DNA from: Prevotella sp.
GTDB taxonomy: Bacteria; Bacteroidota; Bacteroidia; Bacteroidales; Bacteroidaceae
Direction of reading: 5' to 3'
DNA length: 64,000 bases
Assembly (NCBI GenBank): GCA_045616725.1
Contig: JAZLHI010000129.1
Coordinates: 3,414 to 67,413 of the forward strand
The notes under the pieces were generated by a model. It worked only from the letters and a program-made list of their open reading frames with translations. It was not told where the DNA came from and searched no databases. The translations under genes and the position numbers were made by a program. Numbering within the stretch: the first letter of the stretch is position 1; each line of letters begins with the position of its first letter. Below, piece after piece: positions 26,962-35,856 of this stretch.

Positions 26962-29900
26962 ATGAAACATTTTCTAACCCTAACTATAACTTTAACCTTA
27001 ACTTTGTTGTTTTCGCTGTCAGCAGCAGCGCAAACATACCGTTTGTACACCTCAGACGCCGAACTTTCAAGTGCATTGGTACATGACATCTTCCAGGATC
27101 ATGCCGGCTTGGTATGGATTGCAACGGAGGACGGCTTGACGCGTTTCAACGGCGTGGAGTTTTATACTTACAAGCACAAGGAAGGTGATGAGCATTCGCT
27201 TGCTCATAACCTAGTGAGATGTGTGATGGAAGATAAGGCTGGCAATCTGTATGTTGGTACCCACCGTGGTTTGCAGTGCTATAACCATGCAAGAAACAGT
27301 TTTACGCCAATTGCAAAAGATGAGAAGGGAAAGCTTAAAGTAGGTAATGTGAACAAGATAATCCAACTTTCCAATGGGGAGGTTTGGGCTTCAGGAAATG
27401 ATTTGTTCCGTGTGGAATTGAAAGGAGATGAGTTGGTTGCAAGAGGCGTCAATTATAGTGGTCCTCATAACTATCTGCAAGATATCCTGGAGGATAAGGA
27501 TGGCAATATTTGGGTAAGCCACTTGCACGATGGCGTATTCGTCAGCAAAAAGAAGTCAAAGTCCGTAAAACATTATCTGGGTGAACTAAAAGGCGTTAAT
27601 TTCTTGAATTTGGCTGCTGACGGCAATGGTAATGTTTTCCTTGGTACGCATGGGCTCGGTGTCATGAAGTATAACAAGTCAACAGATGACTTTGAAACCA
27701 TAGAAGGAACAAAGGAGTTTTTTGTATCTTCACTTTATATGAATGGAGATGGACAATTGTTGATAGGTTCGGATGGTTTAGGCTTATATATATATAATGT
27801 ACCTAAGAAGAGTCTATCTGCTTTCCCCCTTGAAAACAAGTTCTTCAATTCGCAGCGTGCAAAGGTGCATGCCATCATGAACGATCAGGATGGCGATCTT
27901 TGGCTCGGACTTTTCCAGAAGGGCGTGATGTTCCTTAAGAATAAGACTAATCTTTTTGAGACGATAGGTCACCGCACATTCAGCCGTAACATTATCGGTA
28001 GTGAGGCTGTAAATGGCATTACAGAAGACGAAGAAGGTAGGATATGGGTTTGTACCGACAATGATGGTGTGTATTCAATAGAGCAAGACGGAACATCATT
28101 GTATCATTTCTCTCACAATACGAATCCAGCGTTTCCGGCCATCATGACTCAATTGGCATCTGATAAGAAAGGACGTATTTGGGTGGCGTCATACACTGAT
28201 GGCTTAGGCTATTTCACCAAATCGGGGCAATATGTGAAGTTTCCTCTTTATGCCAAGGAAACGGGCAAGGAAGTTCTTAGTGTGATGGATGCCCTTGTAG
28301 ATAGAGAAGGAAGACTATGGGCTGCAACCCTTGGAAACAATATCTATTGTATAGATACAAATACAGATACATTGATAGAGAGCTGCTGCCAGGTCCAGAA
28401 TCTTGATAATTGGCAGTGTGCATTGTTTATGCAGAAGGATGGAACTCTATGTGTTGGAACCTTCAACGGCTTGTTCCTGGTGGAGATAAAGGATGGAAAG
28501 GCAAAGGTACAGGAACGTCTGATAGAGGCTTATATTATCAATGCTGTTTCAGAAGACCTCAATGGCAACATCTGGATGGCGACGACAAACGGACTTGTTT
28601 GTTACGATAAGAAGCAGAAGAAGACCTCTATCTTCACAACAGATGACGGTCTCCCTACCAATACTGTTTATTCCGTATGTGGTGGCACAGGTGCTTATGT
28701 GTGGGCTGCTACAAGTGGTGGACTTGTTCAGATGGGTGTGGAAGGTGTACACATAGCGAACTTCGGCTTTGCAGATGGGTTGCAGGGAAATGAATTCTCC
28801 AAGGGGGCTTCCTTCCTGGATTCCAAAGGCCGTGCCTGGTTTGGAGGTATCAATGGTGTGACTTACTTCAATCCTGATGACAAGAGTGCACCGGAAAACC
28901 TATGGAATGTACGCGTGGTAGGTTTTTATGTGAACAATACTCCCGTGAATACTGATACGAAATCGGGTATATGGCATGTAATAGATACTGATGTTATGAA
29001 TGCAAAGGAGTTTGACCTTTGCGCTGATGACAACAGTTTCAATATAGAATTTGCTGTCAAGCAGCTAAACTGCCCAGAAGGTCTTCGCTTTGAATATACA
29101 ATAAATGATGGTAATCCGGAGGTTCTTCCTCCTGGAGTGCATGCCCTTTCTTTTACCCATCTTTCGTCAGGCACATACAAATTGAGGGTAAACGTCTATG
29201 GGGCTCCTGACGAAAATGCATGTGAAATCACGGTGCGTGTGCATACCGTTTGGTATAACCACTGGCTGGCATGGATATGCTATATCTTCATCCTTGCATT
29301 CATGGGATATAAAGCTTACCAGTATGTGCAACGATGGTTCAAGACCCAAAGGGAACTTCGAGAGCATCAGCATCAGGATGAAATCAACAATTCAAAGCTC
29401 CTCATGTTTACAAACATCTCTCATGAGATTCGTACTCCAATGACGCTCATTATCAGCCCGCTTGAGAAACTGATGAAAGACGACAGGGACGAGGTGAAAC
29501 GCCATAGTTCTTACGACACGATGCATCGCAACGCAAGTCGTATCCTCAACCTTGTCAACCAGCTTATGGATATACGAAAAATTGAGAATGGCAAGATGGA
29601 GATGAGCCTTTCGCAGCAAGATATAATACCTGTCATAGGCAATATCTGCGAATCTTTCGTTGAGAGTGCTTCGGAGAAGAACGTTACCTTTACCTATATT
29701 CATGATGGCATTGACCATCTTTACGCGAATATTGATTTGCAGCACTTTGACAAGATTTTTGCCAATCTCATCTCAAATGCCATGAAGTTCGTGCCAGAGA
29801 ATGGCGTCGTTACCGTCTGTGTAAACAAAATTGAGGGAAACAGGGTGCAGATTGCCGTGAATGATAATGGTATAGGCATACCGGAGAAAGAGCGCGAGAG

Positions 29901-31068
29901 TATCTTTGAGCGCTTCTATCAGGTGCGTGGCAATGAGAAGAAGCAGCATTATAATGCTACTGATGTTAGAATGCAGGCAACGGGTGGAACAGGTGTCGGA
30001 CTCCATCTGGCAAAAGCTATTGTGGAAATGCACAACGGAACGATTCGTGTTGATGATACGAAGGATGGCGTGGGCTGCAGAATAGTTGTTGAGATTCCTA
30101 TGTTGGCTGATGTAGTAGGTATGGAGCCTGTAGCCGAGGAGCCTGTACAAGTTCCGGAGGCCGAAGTTGCACCTTCAGAAGTTGATTTGCAAGACAAACA
30201 GGAACTTCCTGTAGAGACGCCTGTTGAACAGCACGTGGAAGTTGAAGAGGATGGCGCTGATGCCAAGAAGGTAGTCGTGCGCCGTCAGCAGGTTTCTACT
30301 AATTATAAGGTGCTCATCGTGGACGACGACCCTGAGATTGCAAACTATATCAGTCAGGAACTCTCCGATCGTTACCATTGTACTATCTGTGCAAACGGTA
30401 AGGAAGCGCTTGATAGTGTGCTGAAGAATCCACCACATCTCGTAATTTCAGATGTTCTCATGCCGGAGATGAGCGGTATAGAGCTCACGAAGCGCATTAA
30501 GGCAAACGTGAACATCAATCATATTCCGATCATTCTGGTTACGGCCTTAAGTGATACTCAATCCAATGTTGAGGGCCTTAACGTAGGTGCTGCGGCTTAT
30601 CTCACAAAGCCTTTTAATGTCACTCTTCTCAAGACCACCGTTGACAACATCATAAAGAGTCGCCAGCGTCTGAAGAATGTTTATGAAGGCAAGCAGACTG
30701 TGGAGAAGAAGATTCCAAAGACGGAATTGCAGACCCCTGACGAGCGACTGATGAAACGAGTGATGAAGGCCATAGAACAGCATATCTTCGACCATACTCT
30801 CTCTGTGGAAACATTAGCCCAAGCGGTAGGAATAAGCCGTGTCCACCTGAACCGCAAACTCAAGGAGCTCACGAACCAGACTACTACTGACTTCATAAAG
30901 AATATCCGACTGAAGCGTGCTGCGGAACTTCTCAGCCAAAAGAAGCACTCAATAGCAGAGGTTGCCGACATGGTGGGCTTCCAGAATGCAAACAACTTCT
31001 CTACAGCATTCCGTAAGCTCTATGGCGTTTCGCCACGAGAATATATGGCTCAAAAGCAAGAGGAATAA
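26962..31068 (+). CDS. Hybrid two-component system regulator (periplasmic propeller sensor, HisKA/HATPase, receiver, AraC HTH)
   Basis: Reg_prop-type repeats (GLVWIATEDGL, GNIWVS...), TM helix, H-box SHEIRTPMT, GTGVGL G2 box, receiver LIVDDD...DVLMPEMSG, and a C-terminal AraC-type HTH. Confidence 0.9.
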   Translation: MKHFLTLTITLTLTLLFSLSAAAQTYRLYTSDAELSSALVHDIFQDHAGLVWIATEDGLTRFNGVEFYTYKHKEGDEHSLAHNLVRCVMEDKAGNLYVGTHRGLQCYNHARNSFTPIAKDEKGKLKVGNVNKIIQLSNGEVWASGNDLFRVELKGDELVARGVNYSGPHNYLQDILEDKDGNIWVSHLHDGVFVSKKKSKSVKHYLGELKGVNFLNLAADGNGNVFLGTHGLGVMKYNKSTDDFETIEGTKEFFVSSLYMNGDGQLLIGSDGLGLYIYNVPKKSLSAFPLENKFFNSQRAKVHAIMNDQDGDLWLGLFQKGVMFLKNKTNLFETIGHRTFSRNIIGSEAVNGITEDEEGRIWVCTDNDGVYSIEQDGTSLYHFSHNTNPAFPAIMTQLASDKKGRIWVASYTDGLGYFTKSGQYVKFPLYAKETGKEVLSVMDALVDREGRLWAATLGNNIYCIDTNTDTLIESCCQVQNLDNWQCALFMQKDGTLCVGTFNGLFLVEIKDGKAKVQERLIEAYIINAVSEDLNGNIWMATTNGLVCYDKKQKKTSIFTTDDGLPTNTVYSVCGGTGAYVWAATSGGLVQMGVEGVHIANFGFADGLQGNEFSKGASFLDSKGRAWFGGINGVTYFNPDDKSAPENLWNVRVVGFYVNNTPVNTDTKSGIWHVIDTDVMNAKEFDLCADDNSFNIEFAVKQLNCPEGLRFEYTINDGNPEVLPPGVHALSFTHLSSGTYKLRVNVYGAPDENACEITVRVHTVWYNHWLAWICYIFILAFMGYKAYQYVQRWFKTQRELREHQHQDEINNSKLLMFTNISHEIRTPMTLIISPLEKLMKDDRDEVKRHSSYDTMHRNASRILNLVNQLMDIRKIENGKMEMSLSQQDIIPVIGNICESFVESASEKNVTFTYIHDGIDHLYANIDLQHFDKIFANLISNAMKFVPENGVVTVCVNKIEGNRVQIAVNDNGIGIPEKERESIFERFYQVRGNEKKQHYNATDVRMQATGGTGVGLHLAKAIVEMHNGTIRVDDTKDGVGCRIVVEIPMLADVVGMEPVAEEPVQVPEAEVAPSEVDLQDKQELPVETPVEQHVEVEEDGADAKKVVVRRQQVSTNYKVLIVDDDPEIANYISQELSDRYHCTICANGKEALDSVLKNPPHLVISDVLMPEMSGIELTKRIKANVNINHIPIILVTALSDTQSNVEGLNVGAAAYLTKPFNVTLLKTTVDNIIKSRQRLKNVYEGKQTVEKKIPKTELQTPDERLMKRVMKAIEQHIFDHTLSVETLAQAVGISRVHLNRKLKELTNQTTTDFIKNIRLKRAAELLSQKKHSIAEVADMVGFQNANNFSTAFRKLYGVSPREYMAQKQEE

Positions 31069-31796
31069 TGAAACAGACCATTACCGGCAGCCAAACAGAC
31101 CCAATGGGGGCTGCTATTTACGACTATCATAGCACGGGAAAGGCAGATCGCTTGCGAGTATTGTCTTCCATGTTTGAGGAGGACGAGATTCCTGTGGAGA
31201 CTCTTTTCCGCTCATTCGGCGAGATGCCTTCCATAGAACAAGCGGCATTGAAACTGGCAGACGGAAAGATTCTTGATGTCGGTGCTGGTTCCGGTTGCCA
31301 CAGTCTTGTGCTACAGGACAGTGGCAAGCAGGTCACAGCCCTTGACATCTCGCCTCTTGCTGTCAAAACAATGCGTGAACGAGGGGTGCGTGATGTTGTG
31401 GAAAAAGACTTCTTTAGCAAGGAATTCTTAGGTTCTTATGATACTATTCTCATGCTTATGAACGGCTCTGGCATAATTGGAGAGCTCGCCAACATGCCGC
31501 TGTTCTTCAAACGTGCTGAGCAACTTCTTGCTCCTGGCGGCAGCATACTCATGGATTCCTGCGACCTCAGCTATGTCTTCGAGGATGAAGACGGCTTCTT
31601 TGACACCACCGAGTTCGACAACTACTATGGCGAAGTCGATTTCCGGATGTGCTACAAGGACATCACTGGCAACACCTTCAACTGGCTTTACATAGACTTC
31701 GACACCCTCCAGGAGGAAGCTTCCCGCTGCGGCTTCAAGGCAGAACTGGTTGCGGAAGGCGATAACAACGCCTATCTCGCACGACTTTGCCGATAA
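31068..31796 (+). CDS. Class I SAM-dependent methyltransferase
   Basis: ILDVGAGSGCHSLVLQ motif I. ATG overlaps the HTCS stop (TAATG). Confidence 0.75.
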   Translation: MKQTITGSQTDPMGAAIYDYHSTGKADRLRVLSSMFEEDEIPVETLFRSFGEMPSIEQAALKLADGKILDVGAGSGCHSLVLQDSGKQVTALDISPLAVKTMRERGVRDVVEKDFFSKEFLGSYDTILMLMNGSGIIGELANMPLFFKRAEQLLAPGGSILMDSCDLSYVFEDEDGFFDTTEFDNYYGEVDFRMCYKDITGNTFNWLYIDFDTLQEEASRCGFKAELVAEGDNNAYLARLCR

Positions 31797-31832
31797 ATCT
31801 CCAGAATAATTTGCGGAGAAGAAGAAAAAGTG

Positions 31833-31840
31833 TAACTTTG
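31833..31840 (+). promoter_or_regulatory. -7 box TAACTTTG
   Basis: 45 nt upstream of ATG 31886. Confidence 0.5.
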
Positions 31841-31885
31841 CAGCAGAATACGGATTAGAATAACGAACTAATCAGGTGAAAGCTT

Positions 31886-32068
31886 ATGTCAGATGAAGAA
31901 TATGATATTTTGGTAAAAGGTCTTGAAAAGGCTCAATATAATACGCTTAAGATGAAATCTATGTGCAACGAGATGATTCTTCAAAATGACGCAGAAGGTA
32001 ACATCACGCGTGTTCCCGCTCGTGAAGTGTTTACGCAATTATACAATGAGCCCGCACCTACATATTAG
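31886..32068 (+). CDS. 60-aa hypothetical protein (copy 1 of a duplicated small gene)
   Basis: Has its own promoter box. A ~94% identical 159-nt copy lies at 32925-33083. Confidence 0.5.
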   Translation: MSDEEYDILVKGLEKAQYNTLKMKSMCNEMILQNDAEGNITRVPAREVFTQLYNEPAPTY

Positions 32069-32098
32069 CAGTAGTATTAGCAGTAGTATTAGCAGTAG
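32063..32098. repeat. Perfect 12-bp tandem repeat x3 (tattagcagtag)
   Basis: Read directly. The first unit contains the TAG stop of the 60-aa ORF. Confidence 0.95.
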
Positions 32099-32284
32099 TA
32101 CAGGGGACGGATCTGTGTCACCTTTTACGCCCTCAGATGTTTGGCGCCATTAAATACAATGGTCAATGGCGCGGCGTAAGATTTACTGAATAATACAATA
32201 AACTTAATGACGTGTTGTTATATTACTGTCGGAACATTTTTGGGCTTATAATTTGAACCAACAAACAATATAAAATAAACCGAA

Positions 32285-32833
32285 ATGAAAAGAAAGATTA
32301 CTGCCATAGCTTTATTGCTATTAAGTGTTTGCTCTGCTGCCTTTGCGCAGAACCGTGACCAGTCCGTTTATTTGGAAGTCATGGGACCGTCGAACATGCT
32401 CGGCGTATCGTATGATGCACGCATAAAGCCTGACTCCAAACTGGGTTATAGGGTTGGACTGGCTTATTCATCCCTGAATCTTTTGGACGTGCCTGAAGAC
32501 CAGATGTTCATGTCTGTGCCTTTAGGCCTGAATTATCTTGCAGGAGATGGTAGCCATAGGCTGGAGATAGGAGCCGGTGCTTGCCCTGGCCTCTATCATC
32601 GTTCGTACGATGTGCATAAATATAATGAAGCAGGAGAGCAGATAGCTAATGAGAAGAAATCGGAGAATCTGTTCGGTTGCATAGCGTATGCCAATGTAGG
32701 CTATCGTTTCACGGCAAAGAACGGTCTTCAAATCAGATGCGGTTTAAGTCCGATATTGGCTTTCGGCAACAAACATGCAGACAAGAAGGTTAGGCCATTC
32801 TATCCATACGTATCCATTGGTTACGCATTTTAA
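32285..32833 (+). CDS. Small outer-membrane beta-barrel protein
   Basis: Signal peptide MKRKITAIALLLLSVCSAAFAQ, alternating beta-strand pattern, C-terminal ...SIGYAF. Confidence 0.65.
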   Translation: MKRKITAIALLLLSVCSAAFAQNRDQSVYLEVMGPSNMLGVSYDARIKPDSKLGYRVGLAYSSLNLLDVPEDQMFMSVPLGLNYLAGDGSHRLEIGAGACPGLYHRSYDVHKYNEAGEQIANEKKSENLFGCIAYANVGYRFTAKNGLQIRCGLSPILAFGNKHADKKVRPFYPYVSIGYAF

Positions 32834-32924
32834 CCCATGGGTGACAGGGGACGGTTCCGTGTCACCTTCTGAAGCGTATAGACGATTAGTTGCGAGGCGA
32901 CGAGTCTTTCTCCATAGAAACAAC

Positions 32925-33083
32925 TTGGTAAAAGGTCTTGAAAAGGCTCAATATAATACGCTTAAAATGAAATCTCTGCGCAATGAGATGATTCTTCAAA
33001 ATGACGCAGAAGGTAACATCACTCGCGTTCCTGCTCGTGAAGTGTTTACGCAATTATACCACGAGCCCGCACCTACATATTAG
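32925..33083 (+). CDS. Second, N-terminally truncated copy of the small gene (TTG start or pseudogene)
   Basis: (L)VKGLEKAQYNTLKMKSLRNEMILQNDAEGNITRVPAREVFTQLYHEPAPTY. Lacks the MSDEEYDI start and a promoter box. Confidence 0.35.
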   Translation: MVKGLEKAQYNTLKMKSLRNEMILQNDAEGNITRVPAREVFTQLYHEPAPTY

Positions 33084-33372
33084 TTTTATAATCATAAATG
33101 ACCACGAAATTTTTTTGAACACGAATTCCACGAATTAAACGAATATATCCGCATTGACTTTGACTTTCCGCTTCGCGCCGCCGACTTTCAGTTCTCCTTC
33201 GGACCGCCGAACTTCGTTTCTTGTTATTCGGTAGATTCGCCGCTTAGGCCGCTCTATTCGTCCAGTTCTTAATGAGAAATAAGCATTCTCTCTAACAAGG
33301 AAGGTGCGGCATACTTGTGTGGTATGTCGCACCTTTCTGCGTCTTGGAAAACATTAACTTAGGCTTTTACCG

Positions 33373-33446
33373 CTTTCCTTTCCCACGAAGGAAAGTTGTC
33401 ATCCTTAGCGGGAAAGGTTTCCTTCGTGTGGAAGGAAAGTTTTCCC
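33373..33446. repeat. Word-hairpin element, CTTTCC/GGAAAG type
   Basis: ctttcctt-tcccacg-aaggaaag, followed by the nested gggaaaggtttcctt-cgtgtgg-aaggaaagttttccc. Confidence 0.7.
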
Positions 33447-33470
33447 AGCCTCGAAAACAAGTCGGGAAAT

Positions 33471-33612
33471 GTAGTTTAACGATTTAAGTTGTGTAGTTTA
33501 ACGATTTTAGTTGACTACTTTTAGGCTTATTTTTAAAGCGGGTTGACTGTTTTTGATGATTATTGATGAATTAAGTTGACTCGTTTTTGAATTAGTCATA
33601 AAAAAGGTTGAC
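33471..33612. repeat. 21-bp direct repeat followed by four phased GTTGAC(T/C) sites
   Basis: gtagtttaacgattt(a/t)agttg x2. GTTGAC at 33510, 33542, 33575 and 33607 (spacings 32, 33, 32 bp). Confidence 0.8.
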
Positions 33613-33710
33613 CTCAGAACATAACAAAACAAAGAAGGGGTACGAAAAGTTTCCTTGGATAAAAATTAAGGCCGAGAAAAGAGATTAAAAATATAGGATT
33701 TTTTTCGCAA

Positions 33711-33819
33711 AACCCTACATACCCTACATGGAATCGCTGAGATCACCTGTGTTTATCGGTGTTCTCGGGCTATGTAAGGTTTATGTAGGGTGCATGAAGG
33801 GTAATTTTGCCTACATGCC
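33711..33819. repeat. Word-hairpin element, CCTACAT/ATGTAGG type
   Basis: aaccctacataccctacatgg, atgtaaggtttatgtagggtgcatg and gcctacatgcc. Its reverse complement aligns to the right half of the 7839-7990 element. Confidence 0.65.
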
Positions 33820-33925
33820 AAAGAACTTCATTTCTTTATGTACTTGACATATCTCAATAGGGGGGGTGATTTATCTCTCTATAAAAAAGATAAGGAATAA
33901 TTTGGTCGTTATAATAAATTTTTAG

Positions 33926-33933
33926 TAATTTTG
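33926..33933 (+). promoter_or_regulatory. -7 box TAATTTTG
   Basis: 38 nt upstream of ATG 33972. Confidence 0.5.
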
Positions 33934-33971
33934 CACAAATCAAAGACATTAACTAATAAACAACATAAAAT

Positions 33972-35198
33972 ATGAAAAAGTACCTTATAACATTGGTGTT
34001 GGCAGTATGTGCTGCCGTGGCATTCGCCCAGCAGAATCTGCGTGATGGCTATGTGATAACCCTTGAGGGCGACACGCTGCGCGGTGTGATAGACTTTCGT
34101 ACATCCGCGATGAACACTAAGCGATGCGTGTTCAAGCAGGATGGCGCGACAGAATTCAAAACTTATCTGCCAGGTGAGATTGACGGCTACCGCTTTACCA
34201 ACAATGGCGTTTACTACATTACCAAAAATGTCATGAATGATAATGGTACTCGCGAGATGGTGTTTGCGGAATACATTCTTCGTGGCAACATGAGCCTCTA
34301 TCAGGTAGGCGCTGACGAGATGCTGCTCGTCGATGAAGACGGAAATGAGGCTTCTTTCTCATTGGACAAGGCGAAGAACGCAACGAATGCCGATGAGCTG
34401 CGCGCCGAGATAGGCGATGCATGGCGAATGCTCGGCAAGAGCGAGAAGGCTAGCAACATGATATGGAAACTAACCAAGACCCGCGACAATACGAAGAAGG
34501 CGGTCATGACATACATAGATGATTTCTGCACCGATGGATATTGCGAAGTGTTTGAATATCAGAACGATGTGGTTCCTAAGGAAGATCGTGTTATGCACCC
34601 TTGGGTAAAGTTAGGCTTTAAGGCTACTCAATACAAGTTCTGGAATGGCGCCACAATAATGGGCTATGCTCCCTTTGTCTCTGCCGGTGCAGATTTCCAT
34701 TTGAACCGCGTGTTCAAGGGCTTGATGGTCAATGTTGGCTTTTCTTTTGAGCCAGGGAAAGCTTCCCGTGATGTCTGCGAGTTGGCTAGCGATGCTGAAT
34801 GGATAAGAAAGAATGGAGGAAAGCCTCTGGATGTTGATTACAAGCAACTTGATGTGATGCTTGGTCCTGGCTACCAGTTCCCTATTAATAGGATGAAGAT
34901 GCGAGTTAAGTGTGGTGGAATCTTCCGCCTTGCGTCGCACGACTTCAGCTATTCCAATGGAGTTTACAACTCTGGAACTGAACAATACAATATCAGGGCA
35001 GAGAAAACGGATTGGAGATTTGATGCACAATATGGTTTATATGCAGGAGCTGGAGTGGAATATCCTTTGAAGAAGTTCTCTCTAATTTGTGACCTTGACT
35101 ACATCTATGATTACAACAAATGGTCTAAATTTGGTTTGCCGGAAAGAACTGTAGTCAATCAGCATGGTGTATGCTTGTCATTAGGCGTGAAGTTCTAG
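33972..35198 (+). CDS. Secreted/outer-membrane hypothetical protein
   Basis: Signal peptide MKKYLITLVLAVCAAVAFAQ. Beta-rich C-terminal half ending ...LSLGVKF. Confidence 0.55.
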   Translation: MKKYLITLVLAVCAAVAFAQQNLRDGYVITLEGDTLRGVIDFRTSAMNTKRCVFKQDGATEFKTYLPGEIDGYRFTNNGVYYITKNVMNDNGTREMVFAEYILRGNMSLYQVGADEMLLVDEDGNEASFSLDKAKNATNADELRAEIGDAWRMLGKSEKASNMIWKLTKTRDNTKKAVMTYIDDFCTDGYCEVFEYQNDVVPKEDRVMHPWVKLGFKATQYKFWNGATIMGYAPFVSAGADFHLNRVFKGLMVNVGFSFEPGKASRDVCELASDAEWIRKNGGKPLDVDYKQLDVMLGPGYQFPINRMKMRVKCGGIFRLASHDFSYSNGVYNSGTEQYNIRAEKTDWRFDAQYGLYAGAGVEYPLKKFSLICDLDYIYDYNKWSKFGLPERTVVNQHGVCLSLGVKF

Positions 35199-35254
35199 AT
35201 AATACTTAACACTAAGCACTAAACACTAAATAGGGTTAGAGCTAATTCATGGGT

Positions 35255-35350
35255 AAGGCGAAGATTTGACTTTCCCTATCGGCCGCCGACCACGGTTCTG
35301 AGCCGTCGTAACAATGTTGATTATCGAAACGACTCGGAAATCTTCGCCCT
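35255..35350. repeat. REP-like inverted-repeat element (GGCGAAGATTT...AAATCTTCGCC)
   Basis: The ends pair. The interior shares tttgactttcc..cggccgccgac with 33155-33262, and the end shares ctcggaaatcttcgccctaca with 8498-8524 and 21454-21480. Confidence 0.65.
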
Positions 35351-35382
35351 ACATGTTTGTTGTGAGAATATAATTCTTGGTT

Positions 35383-35775
35383 TTATTTCGGCATCAGGCT
35401 GTATGGCTCGCCGTTGTTGCCTATGCCGCGTTCTACGCAGAGTGCAAGTTCCTTGCTTGCCCAAATCCATGCGTTTGTGACACCGCCGGTATAGTCGTAC
35501 AGTTCCTTGGCTTCCTTCTTTGCCTTGGCTTTGCTGTAGTAGCAGTTTGTGCAAACACGATATGTGGTCTTGCCTTTGACATTTACCTTGTAGATATTGC
35601 CATAGACGATGTCGCCAGGAGCGTTGTTGTTGAACTGCTGTGCCTGTTCAAGACTTGTAAAACTGCCAACCACCACATAGTATATGGTCTTGGAACTGCT
35701 TTTCTTCTGATTGTTGCCCCATACGCAGACTACTGCGAGGAGCATTGCGATTGCAAGGAATAGTCTTTTTTTCAT
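35383..35775 (-). CDS. SPOR-domain lipoprotein/secreted protein
   Basis: Signal peptide. YYVVVGSFTSLEQAQQF...YRVCTNCYYSKAKAKKEAKEL fits the SPOR fold pattern. Confidence 0.6.
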   Translation of the reverse strand: MKKRLFLAIAMLLAVVCVWGNNQKKSSSKTIYYVVVGSFTSLEQAQQFNNNAPGDIVYGNIYKVNVKGKTTYRVCTNCYYSKAKAKKEAKELYDYTGGVTNAWIWASKELALCVERGIGNNGEPYSLMPK

Positions 35776-35856
35776 GATTGTTTATTGTTTTTGTTGTTAT
35801 ATTACTTGGTGTCTGTGGGACTATGGTTTCTCCCTCACAGGGAGGGTGGGGTGGGT

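Noticed and set aside
33135-33332. 65-aa minus-strand ORF in the 890-bp repeat-rich spacer
   Set aside because: It is an Arg-rich translation of the GCCGC-type repeat element, with no promoter box or plausible start context.
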